Source of the DNA: Eledone cirrhosa
Taxonomy: Eukaryota
Reading direction: 5' to 3'
NCBI GenBank assembly: GCA_964016885.1
Contig: OZ024741.1
Coordinates: 247,442,001 to 247,506,000, forward strand
Length of the DNA: 64,000 bases
The notes under the pieces were generated by a model. It ran no database searches and was not told where the DNA came from. It saw only the letters and a program-made list of their open reading frames with translations. Made by a program: the position numbers and the translations under genes. Positions 52,755 to 64,000 of the stretch are shown piece by piece (the first letter of the stretch is position 1; every line of letters begins with the position of its first letter).

Positions 52755-55700
52755 ATCTCCCCCTGATTTTTTTTACAAATTATCTCCCCCCTGATTTTTT
52801 TACAAATTATCTCCCCTTGGCTGGCTGGAAATTATCTCCCCTTGGAGGCTGGAACTTATCTCCCCTTGGACGGCTAGAAATTACCTCTCCTTGGACGGCT
52901 GGAAAATATGTCTCCTTGGACGGCTGGATATTATCTCCCCTTGGACGGCTGGAAATTATCTCCCCTTGGACGGCTGGAAATTATCTCCCCTTGGATGGCT
53001 AGATATTACCTCCCCTTGGACGGCTGGAAATTATCTCCCTTTGATTTTTTTTACAAATTATCTCCCCCTGATTTTTTTTTACAAATTATCTCCCCCTGAT
53101 TTTTTTTTACAAATTATCTCCCCCTGATTTTTGTTTACAAATTATCTCCGCCTGATTTTTTTTTAAAAATTATCTCCCCTTGGACGGCTGGAAATTATCT
53201 CCCCTTGGACGGCTAGAAATTACCTCTCCTTGGACGGCTGAAAATTATCTCCCCTTGGACGGCTGGAAATTATCTCCCCTTGATTTTTTTACAAATTATC
53301 TCCCCCTGATTTTTTTTTTTACAAATTATCTCCCCCTGATTTTTTTTTACAAATTATCTACCCCTGATTTTTTTTTACAAATTATCTCCCCCTGATTTTT
53401 TTTACAAATTATCTCCCCCTGATTTTTTTTTACAAATTATCTCCCCCTGATTTTTTTACAAATTATCTCCCCCTGATTTTTTTTACAAATTATCTCCGCC
53501 TGATTTTTTTAAATATTATCTCTCCTTGGCTGGCGGGAAATTATCTCCCCTTGGACGGCTGGAAATTATCTCCCCTTGGAAGGATGGAAATTATCTCCCC
53601 TTGGACGGCTAGAAATTATCTCTCTTTGGACGGCTGGAAATTATCACCCCTTGAGTTTTTTACAAATTATCTCCCCCTGATTTTTTTTACAAATCTCCCA
53701 GTGATTTTTAAAAAAAAATTATCTCCCCTTCGCTGGCTGGAAATTATCTCCCCTTGGACGCTGGAAATTATAGCCCCTTGGAGGGCTTGAAATTATCTTC
53801 CCTTGGACGGCTGGAAATTATCTCTCCTTGGACGGCTAGAATTTACCTCTCCTTGGACGGCTGAAAATTATCTCCCCTTGGACGGCTGGAAATTATCTCC
53901 CCTTGATTTTTTTTACAAATTATCTCCCCCTGATTTTTTTTTACGAATTATCTCCCCCTGATTTTTTTTTACAAATTATCTCCCCCTGATTTTTTTTTAC
54001 AAATTATCTCCCCCTGATTTTTTTACAAATTATCTCCCCTTGGCTGGCTGGAAATTATCTCCCCTAGGAGGCTGGAACTTATCTCCCCTTGGACGGCTAG
54101 AAATTACCTCTCTTTGGACGGCTGGAAAATATGTCTCCTTGGACGGCTGGATATTATCTCCCCTTGGACGGCTGGAAATTATCTCCCCTTGGACGGCTGG
54201 AAATTATCTCCCCTTGGATGGCTAGATATTACCTCCCCTTGGACGGCTGGAAATTATCTCCCCTTGATTTTTTTTACAAATTATCTCCCCCTGATTTTTT
54301 TTTACAAATTATCTCCCCCGATTTTTTTTTACAAATTATCTCCCCCTGATTTTTTTTTACAAATTATCTCCCCCTGATTTTTGTTTACAAATTATCTCCC
54401 CTTGGACGGCTGGAAATTATCTCCCCTTGGACGGCTAGAAATTACCTCTCCTTGGACGGCTGAAAATTATCCTCCCTTGGACGGCTGGAAATTATCTCCC
54501 CTTGATTTTTTTACAAATTATCTCCCCCTGATTTTTTTTTTACAAATTATCTCACCCTGATTTTTTTTACAAATTATCTACCCCTGATTTTTTTTTACAA
54601 ATTATCTCCCCCTGATTTTTTTTACAAATTATCTCCCACTGATTTTTTTTTTACAAATTATCTCCCCCTGATTTTTTTACAAATTATCTCCCCCTGATTT
54701 TTTTTACAAATTATATCCGCCTGATTTTTTTAAATATTATCTCTCCTTGGCTGGCGGGAAATTATCTCCCCTTGGACGGCTGGAAATTATCTCCCCTTGG
54801 AAGGATGGAAATTATCTCCCCTTGGACGGCTGGAAGTTATCTACCCCTGATTTTTTTTACAAATTATCTCCCCCTGATTTTTTTTACAAATTATCTCCCC
54901 CTGATTTTTTTTTTACAAATTATCTCCCTCTGATTTTTTTACAAATTATCTCCCCCTGATATTTTTTACAAATTATCTCCGCCTGATTTTTTAAAATATT
55001 ATCTTACCTTGGCTGGCGGGAAATTATCTCCCCTTGGACGGCTGAAAATTATCTCCCCTTGGACGGCTGGAAATTATCTCCCCTTGATTTTTTTTACAAA
55101 TTATCTCCCCCTGATTTTTTTTTACAAATTATCTACCCCTGATTTTTTTTACAAATTATCTCCCCCCTGATTTTTTTACAAATTATCTCCCCTTGGCTGG
55201 CTGGAAATTATCTCCCCTTGGAGGCTGGAACTTATCTCCCCTTGGACGGCTAGAAATTACCTCTCCTTGGACGGCTGGAAAATATGTCTCCTTGGACGGC
55301 TGGATATTATCTCCCCTTGGACGGCTGGAAATTATCTCCCCTTGGACGGCTGGAAATTATCTCCCCTTGGATGGCTAGATATTACCTCCCCTTGGACGGC
55401 TGGAAATTATCTCCCTTTGATTTTTTTTACAAATTATCTCCCCGATTTTTTTTTACAAATTATCTCCGCCTGATTTTTTTTTACAAATTATCTCCCCCTG
55501 ATTTTTGTTTACAAATTATCTCCGCCTGATTTTTTTTTAAAAATTATCTCCCCTTGGACGGCTGGAAATTATCTCCCCTTGGACGGCTAGAAATTACCTC
55601 TCCTTGGACGGCTGAAAATTATCTCCCCTTGGACGGCTGGAAATTATCTCCCCTTGATTTTTTTACAAATTATCTCCCCCTGATTTTTTTTTTACAAATT

Positions 55701-56828
55701 ATCTCCCCCTGATTTTTTTTTACAAATTATCTACCCCTGATTTTTTTTTACAAATTATCTCCCCCTGATTTTTTTACAAATTATCTCCCCCTGATTTTTT
55801 TTTTACAAATTATCTCCCCCTGATTTTTTTACAAATTATCTCCCCCTGATTTTTTTTACAAATTATCTCCGCCTGATTTTTTTAAATATTATCTCTCCTT
55901 GGCTGGCGGGAAATTATCTCCCCTTGGACGGCTGGAAATTATCTCCCCTTGGAAGGATGGAAATTATCTCCCCTTGGACGGCTAGAAATTATCTCTCTTT
56001 GGACGGCTGGAAATTATCACCCCTTGAGTTTTTTACAAATTATCTCCCCCTGATTTTTTTTACAAATCTCCCAGTGATTTTTAAAAAAAAATTATCTCCC
56101 CTTCGCTGGCTGGAAATTATCTCCCCTTGGACGCTGGAAATTATAGCCCCTTGGAGGGCTTGAAATTATCTTCCCTTGGACGGCTGGAAATTATCTCCCC
56201 TTGATTTTTTTTTACAAATTATCTCCCCATGATTTTTTTTTACAAATTATCTCCCCCTGATTTTTTTTTACAACTTATCTGCGCCAGATTTTTTTAAAAA
56301 AATTATCTCCCCTTGGACGGCTGGAAATTATCTCCCCTTGGACGGCTGGAAATTATCTCTCCTTGGACGGCTAGAATTTACCTCTCCTTGGACGGCTGAA
56401 AATTATCTCCCCTTGGACGGCTGGAAATTATCTCCCCTTGATTTTTTTTACAAATTATCTCCCCCTGATTTTTTTTTACGAATTATCTCCCCCTGATTTT
56501 TTTTTACAAATTATCTCCCCCTGATTTTTTTTACAAATTATCTCCCCCTGATTTTTTTTACAAATTATCTCCCTCTGATTTTTTTACAAATTATCTCCCC
56601 TTGGCTGGCTGGAAATTATCTCCCCTAGGAGGCTGGAACTTATCTCCCCTTGGATGGCTAGAAATTACCTCTCTTTGGACGGCTGGAAAATATGTCTCCT
56701 TGGACGGCTGGATATTATCTCCCCTTGGACGGCTGGAAATTATCTCCCCTTGGACGGCTGGAAATTATCTCCCCTTGGATGGCTAGATATTACCTCCCCT
56801 TGGACGGCTGGAAATTATCTCCCCTTGA
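52755..56828 (+). repeat. About 4-kb duplicate of about 45760-49835 (offset 6992-6995)
   Basis: Private variants are GGAAGTTATC (G at 47841/54836), CTGATATTTT 47961/54956 and TCCCCATGAT 49231/56224. Confidence 0.9.
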
Positions 56829-56963
56829 TTTTTTTTTACAAATTATCTCCCCCTGATTTTTTTTTACAAATTATCTCCCCCGATTTTTTTTTACAAATTA
56901 TCTCTCCCTGATTTTTTTTTACAAATTATCTCCCCCTGATTTTTGTTTACAAATTATCTCCCC
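54402..56963 (+). repeat. Full-length 2.56-kb HOR copy
   Basis: Marker positions are 54402 and 56964 (2562 bp), with the same module order as 1713-4274. Confidence 0.85.
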
Positions 56964-59900
56964 TTGGACGGCTGGAAATTATCTCCCCTTGGACGGCTAG
57001 AAATTACCTCTCCTTGGACGGCTGAAAATTATCCTCCCTTGGACGGCTGGAAATTATCTCCCCTTGATTTTTTTACAAATTATCTCCCCCTGATTTTTTT
57101 TTTACAAATTATCTCACCCTGATTTTTTTTACAAATTATCTACCCCTGATTTTTTTTTACAAATTATCTCCCCCTGATTTTTTTTACAAATTATCTCCCA
57201 CTGATTTTTTTTTTACAAATTATCTCCCCCTGATTTTTTTACAAATTATCTCCCCCTGATTTTTTTTACAAATTATATCCGCCTGATTTTTTTAAATATT
57301 ATCTCTCCTTGGCTGGCGGGAAATTATCTCCCCTTGGACGGCTGGAAATTATCTCCCCTTGGAAGGATGGAAATTATCTCCCCTTGGACGGCTGGAAATT
57401 ATCTACCCCTGATTTTTTTTACAAATTATCTCCCCCTGATTTTTTTTACAAATTATCTCCCCCTGATTTTTTTTTTACAAATTATCTCCCCCTGATTTTT
57501 TTACAAATTATCTCCCCCTGATTTTTTTTACAAATTATCTCCGCCTGATTTTTTAAAATATTATCTTACCTTGGCTGGCGGGAAATTATCTCCCCTTGGA
57601 CGGCTGAAAATTATCTCCCCTTGGACGGCTGGAAATTATCTCCCCTTGATTTTTTTTACAAATTATCTCCCCCTGATTTTTTTTTACAAATTATCTCCCC
57701 CTGATTTAAAAAAAAAAATTATCTCCCCTTCGCTGGCTGGAAATTATCTCCCCTTGGACGCTGGAAATTATAGCCCCTTGGAGGGCTGGAAATTATCTTC
57801 CCTTGGACGGCTGGAAATTATCTCCCCTTGATTTTTTTTTACAAATTATCTCCCCCTGATTTTTTTTTACAAATTATCTCCCCCTGATTTTTTTTTACAA
57901 ATTATCTCCCCCTGATTTTTTTTTTACAAATTATCTCCGCCTGATTTTTTTTTTTAAATTATCTCCCCTTGGACGGCTGGAAATTATCTCCCCTTGGACG
58001 GCTGGAAATTATCTCCCCTTGGACGGCTAGAAATTATCTCTCCTTGGACGGCTGAAAATTATCTCCCCTTGGACGGCTGCAAATTATCTCCCCTTGATTT
58101 TTTTTACAAATTATCTCCCCCTGATTTTTTTTACAAATTATCTCCCCCTGATTTTTTTTTACAAATTATCTCCCCCTGATTTTTTTTTACAAATTATCTC
58201 CCCCTGATTTTTTTACAAATTATCTCCCCCTGATTTTTTTACAATCTCCGCCTGATTTTTTTAAAAATTATCTTCCCTTGGCTGGCGGGAAATTATCTCC
58301 CCTTGGACGGCTGGAAATTATCTCCCCTTGGAAGGATGGAAATTATCTCCCCTTGGACGGCTGGAAATTATCTCCCCTTGCACGGCTGGAAATTATCTCC
58401 CCTTGGCTGGAAATTATCTCCCCTTGGACGGCTAGAAATTATCTCTCTTTGGACGGCTGGAAATTATCTCCCTTTGATTTTTTTTACAAATTATCTCCCT
58501 CTGATTTTTTTTACAAATCTCCCCCTGATTTTTTAAAAAAAATTATCTCCCCTTCGCTGGCTGGAAATTATCTCCCCTTGGACACTGGAAATTATAGCCC
58601 CTTGGAGGGCTGGAAATTATCTTCTCTTGGACGGCTGGAAATTATCTCCCCTTGATTTTTTTTACAAATTATCTCCGCCTGATTTTTTTTTTAAATTATC
58701 TCTCCTTGGACGGCTGGAAATTATCTCCCCTTGATTTTTTTTACAAATTATCTCCCCCTGATTTTTTTTACAAATTATCTCCCACTGATTTTTTTTTACA
58801 AATTATCTACCCCTGATTTTTTTTTACAAATTATCTCCCCCTGATTTTTTTTACAAATTATCTCACCCTGATTTTTCTTTTACAAATTATCTCCCCCTGA
58901 TTTTTTTACAAATTATCTCCCCCTGATTTTTTTACAAATTATCTCCGCCTGATTTTTTTAAATATTATCTTCCCTTGGCTGGCGGGAAATTATCTCCCCT
59001 TGGACGGCTGGAAATTATCTGCCCTTGATTTTCTTTTTACAAAATATCTTCCACTGATTTTTTTTACAAATTATCTCCACCTGATTTTTTAAAAAATTAT
59101 CTCCCCTTGGAAGGCTGGAAATTATCTCCCCTTGGCTGGAAATTATCTCCCCTTGGAAGGCTAGAAATTATCTCTCTTTGGACGGCTGGAAATTATCACC
59201 CCTTGAGTTTTTTTACAAATTATCTCCCCCTGATTTTTTTTACAAATCTCCCAGTGATATTTAAAAAAAAATTATCTCCCCTTCGCTGGCTGGAAATTAT
59301 CTCCCCTTGGACGCTGGAAATTATAGCCCCTTGGAGGGCTGGAAATTATCTTCCCTTGGACGGCTGGAAATTATCTCCCCTTGATTTTTTTTACAAATTA
59401 TCTCCCCCTGATTTTTTTTACAAATTATCTCCCCCTGATTTTTTTGACAACTTATCTGCGCCTGATTTTTTTTAAAAAATTATCTCCCCTTGGACGGTTG
59501 GAAATTATCTCCCCTTGGACGGCTGGAAATTATCTCTCCTTGGACGGCTAGAATTTACCTCTCCTTGGACGGCTGAAAATTATCTCCCCTTGGACGGCTG
59601 GAAATTACCTCCCCTTGATTTTTTTACAAATTATCTCCCCCTGATTTTTTTTTACAAATTATCTCCCCCTGATTTTTGTTTACAAATTATCTCCCCTTGG
59701 ACGGCTGGAAATTATCTCCCCTTGGACGGCTAGAAATTACCTCTCCTTGGACGGCTGAAAATTATCTCCCCTTGGACGGCTGGAAATTATCTCCCCTTGA
59801 TTTTTTTACAAATTATCTCCCCCTGATTTTTTTTTTACAAATTATCTCACCCTGATTTTTTTTATAAATTATCTACCCCTGATTTTTTTTTACAAATTAT

Positions 59901-60850
59901 CTCCCCCTGATTTTTTTTACAAATTATCTCCCCCTGATTTTTTTTTTACAAATTATCTCCCCCTGATTTTTTTACAAATTATCTCCCCCTGATTTTTTTT
60001 ACAAATTATCTCCGCCTGATTTTTTTAAATATTATCTCTCCTTGGCTGGCGGGAAATTATCTCCCCTTGGACGGCTGGAAATTATCTCCCCTTGGAAGGA
60101 TGGAAATTATCTCCCCTTGGACGGCTGGAAATTATCTACCCCTGATTTTTTTTACAAATTATCTCCCCCTGATTTATTTTACAAATTATCTCCCCCTGAT
60201 TTTTTTTTTTAAAATTATCTCCCCCTGATTTTTTTACAAATTATCTCCCCCTGATTTTTTTTACAAATTATCTCCGCCTGATTTTTTAAAATATTATCTT
60301 ACCTTGGCTGGCGGGAAATTATCTCCCCTTGGACGGCTGAAAATTATCTCCCCTTGGACAGCTGGAAATTATCTCCCTCTGATTTTTTTTACAAATTATC
60401 TCCCCCTGATTTTTTTTTTACAAATTATCTCCGCCTGATTTTTTTTAAAAAATTATCTCCCCTTGGACGGCTGGAAATTATCTCCCCTTGGACGGCTGGA
60501 AATTATCTCCCCTTGGACGGCTAGAAATTATCTCTCCTTGGACGGCTGAAAATTATCTCCCCTTGGACGGCTGCAAATTATCTCCCCTTGATTTTTTTTA
60601 CAAATTATCTCCCCCTGATTTTTTTTACAAATTATCTCCCCCTGATTTTTTTTACAAATTATCTACCCCTGATTTTTTTTACAAATTATCTCCCCCTGAT
60701 TTTTTTTTACAAATTATCTCCCTCTGATTTTTTTTTACAAATTATCTCCCCCTGATTTTTTTTTTACAAATTATCTCCCCCTGATTTTTTTACAAATTAT
60801 CTCCCCCTGATTTTTTTTACAATCTCCGCCTGATTTTTTTAAAAATTATC
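56350..60850 (+). repeat. About 4.5-kb segment, copy 3 (homologous to about 6710-11290)
   Basis: Landmark offsets are 49640 and then 49556. It shares CAGTGATATTT and TTTGACAAC with copies 1 and 2 but lacks their CCTAGGACG variant. Confidence 0.85.
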
Positions 60851-63800
60851 TTCCCTTGGCTGGCGGGAAATTATCTCCCCTTGGACGGCTGGAAATTATC
60901 TCCCCTTGGAAGGATGGAAATTATCTCCCCTTGGACGGCTGGAAATTATCTCCCCTTGCACGGCTGGAAATTATCTCCCCTTGGCTGGAAATTATCTCCC
61001 CTTGGACGGCTAGAAATTATCTCTCTTTGGACGGCTGGAAATTATCTCCCTTTGATTTTTTTTACAAATTATCTCCCTCTGATTTTTTTTACAAATCTCC
61101 CACTGATTTTTTAAAAAAAATTATCTCCCCTTCGCTGGCTGGAAATTATCTCCCCTTGGACACTGGAAATTATAGCCCCTTGGAGGGCTGGAAATTATCT
61201 TCTCTTGGACGGCTGGAAATTATCTCCCCTTGATTTTTTTTACAAATTATCTCCGCCTGATTTTTTTTTTAAATTATCTCTCCTTGGACGGCTGGAAATT
61301 ATCTCCCCTTGATTTTTTTTACAAATTATCTCCCCCTGATTTTTTTTACAAATTATCTCCCCCTGATTTTTTTTTACAACTTATCTGCGCCTGATTTTTT
61401 TAAAAATATTATCTCCCCTTGGACGGCTGGAAATTATCTCCCCTTGGACGGCTGGAAATTATCTCTCCTTGGACGGCTAGAATTTACCTCTCCTTGGACG
61501 GCTGAAAATTATCTCCCCTTGGACGGCTGGAAATTACCTCCCCTTGATTTTTTTTACAAATTATCTCCCCCTGATTTTTTTTTACAAATTATCTCCCCCT
61601 GATTTTTGTTTACAAATTATCTCCCCTTGGACGGCTGGAAATTATCTCCCCTTGGACCGCTAGAAATTACCTCTCCTTGGACGGCTGAAAATTATCTCCC
61701 CTTGGACGGCTGGAAATTATCTCCCCTTGATTTTTTTACAAATTATCTCCCCCTGATTTTTTTTTTACAAATTATCTCACCCTGATTTTTTTTACAAATT
61801 ATCTACCCCTGATTTTTTTTCACAAATTATCTCCCCCTGATTTTTTTTACAAATTATCTCCCCCTGATTTTTTTTTTACAAATTATCTCCCCCTGATTTT
61901 TTTTACAAATTATCTCCGCCTGATTTTTTTAAATATTATCTCTCCTTGGCTGGCGGGAAATTATCTTCCCTTGGACGGCTGGAAATTATCTCCCCTTGGA
62001 AGGATGGAAATTATCTCCCCTTGGACGGCTGGAAATTATCTACCCCTGATTTTTTTTACAAATTATCTCCCCCTGATTTATTTTACAAATTATCTCCCCC
62101 TGATTTTTTTTTTAAAAATTATCTCCCCCTGATTTTTTTACAAATTATCTCCCCCTGATTTTTTTTACAAATTATCTCCGCCTGATTTTTTTAAATATTA
62201 TCTTACCTTGGCTGGCGGGAAATTATCTCCCCTTGGACGGCTGAAAATTATCTCCCCTTGGACGGCTGGAAATTATCTCCCCTTGATTTTTTTTACAAAT
62301 TATCTCCCCCTGATTTTTTTTTACAAATTATCTCCGCCTGATTTTTAAAAAAAAATTATCTCCCCTTCGCTGGCTGGAAATTATCTCCCCTTGGACGCTG
62401 GAAATTATAGCCCCTTGGAGGGCTGGAAATTATCTTCCCTTGGACGGCTGGAAATTATCTCCCCTTGATTTTTTTTACAAATTATCTCCCCCTGATTTTT
62501 TTTTACAAATTATCTCCCCCTGATTTTTTTTTACAAATTATCTCCCCCTGATTTTTTTTTTACAAATTATCTCCGCCTGATTTTTTTAAAAAAATTATCT
62601 CCCCTTGGACGGCTGGAAATTATCTCCCTTTGGACGGCTGGAAATTATCTCCCCTTGGACGGCTAGAAATTATCTCTCCTTGGACGGCTGAAAATTATCT
62701 CCCCTTGGACGGCTGCAAATTATCTCCCCTTGATTTTTTTTACAAATTATCTCCCCCTGATTTTTTTTACAAATTATCTCCCCCTGATTTTTTTTACAAA
62801 TTATCTACCCCTGATTTTTTTTACAAATTATCTCCCCCTGATTTTTTTTTACAAATTATCTCCCTCTGATTTTTTTTTACAAATTATCTCCCCCTGATTT
62901 TTTTTTTACAAATTATCTCCCCCTGATTTTTTTACAAATTATCTCCCCCTGATTTTTTTTACAATCTCCGCCTGATTTTTTTAAAAATTATCTTCCCTTG
63001 GCTGGCGGGAAATTATCTCCCCTTGGACGGCTGGAAATTATCTCCCCTTGGAAGGATGGAAATTATCTCCCCTTGGACGGCTGGAAATTATCTCCCTTTG
63101 ATTTTTTTTACAAATTATCTCCCTCTGATTTTTTTTACAAATCTCCCCCTGATTTTTTAAAAAAAATTATCTCCCCTTCGCTGGCTGGAAATTATCTCCC
63201 CTTGGACACTGGAAATTATAGCCCCTTGGAGGGCTGGAAATTATCTTCTCTTGGACGGCTGGAAATTATCTCCCCTTGATTTTTTTTACAAATTATCTCC
63301 GCCTGATTTTTTTTTTAAATTATCTCTCCTTGGACGGCTGGAAATTATCTCCCCTTGATTTTTTAAAAAATTATCTCCCCTTGGAAGGCTGGAAATTATC
63401 TCCCCTTGGCTGGAAATTATCTCCCCTTGGACGGCTAGAAATTATCTCTCTTTGGACGGCTGGAAATTATCACCCCTTGAGTTTTTTTACAAATTATCTC
63501 CCCCTGATTTTTTTTACAAATCTCCCAGTGATTTTTTAAAAAAAATTATCTCCCCTTCGCTGGCTGGAAATTATCTCCCCTTGGACGCTGGAAATTATAG
63601 CCCCTTGGAGGGCTGGAAATTATCTTCCCTTGGACGGCTGGAAATTATCTCCCCTTGATTTTTTTTACAAATTATCTCCCCCTGATTTTTTTTACAAATT
63701 ATCTCCCCCTGATTTTTTTTACAACTTATCTGCGCCTGATTTTTTTTAAAAAATTATCTCCCCTTGGACGGCTGGAAATTATCTCCCCTTGGACGGCTGG

Positions 63801-64000
63801 AAATTATCTCTCCTTGGACGGCTAGAATTTACCTCTCCTTGGACGGCTGAAAATTATCTCCCCTTGGACGGCTGGAAATTACCTCCCCTTGATTTTTTTT
63901 ACAAATTATCTCCCCCTGATTTTTTTTTACAAATTATCTCCCCCTGATTTTTTTTTACAAATTATCTCCCCCTGATTTTTTTTTACAAATTATCTCCCCC

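Larger units (their letters stand above)
1..64000 (+). repeat. Composite two-monomer satellite array (25-bp type A and 26-29-bp type B monomers sharing the core AAATTATCTCCCC), running off both ends of the window
   Basis: The core AAATTATCTCCCC, or a variant with 1-4 nt changes, recurs every 21-29 bp from base 1 to base 64000. It is followed by either TTGGACGGCTGG (A) or CTGA(T)7-10AC (B). No inverted copies or unique inserts were seen. Confidence 0.99.

Noticed and set aside
249-63658. All ORFs in the six-frame track (61-151 aa; LSPLGRLEIISPW and FFYKLSPPD repeats)
   Set aside because: They are the three frames of the 25-bp and 27-bp monomers, mostly starting at the TTG present in nearly every A monomer. 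They overlap in several frames, and single T-tract indels make or break them. No domain, RBS or codon signal is evident.
1-64000. CRISPR array (constant repeat separated by spacers)
   Set aside because: The core is only 13-16 bp. The intervening sequences are 9-15 bp and of just two recurring types rather than unique spacers of about 30 bp or more. No leader or cas genes are present.
1-64000. Telomerase-made long telomeric repeat (25-bp unit with strand-biased G runs, as in some budding yeasts)
   Set aside because: It does not match any telomere repeat I recognise. Position-specific SNPs are inherited in multi-kb HORs, which indicates DNA-level duplication rather than repeated copying of one RNA template. 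A subtelomeric location cannot be excluded.

Overview
The whole 64 kb window is one uninterrupted, single-orientation satellite DNA array. I see no unique sequence, genes, RNA genes or mobile elements, and all listed ORFs are artefacts of translating the repeat. The array has two monomer types that share a 13-bp core, AAATTATCTCCCC. Type A is 25 bp (GGAAATTATCTCCCCTTGGACGGCT, 52% GC). Type B is 26-29 bp (ACAAATTATCTCCCCCTGA followed by T7-T10, about 30% GC). There are roughly 2,400 monomers (estimate: 64,000/26). They occur as alternating runs of A and B with stereotyped junctions. The runs build a nested hierarchy: A/B cycles of about 160-365 bp, half-units of 1.15/1.41 kb, a 2.56-kb higher-order repeat (HOR), and recent multi-kb segmental duplications at offsets of about 7.0, 8.5 and 10.6 kb. 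The most notable features are the two-state core-plus-alternative-tail design, an n+1 rule for core variants, precise loss of whole B runs, T-tract length patterns conserved between copies, and TnAm junctions whose boundary slides while total length stays constant. The organism and function (centromeric, pericentromeric, subtelomeric) cannot be determined from this window. All counts were made by eye.
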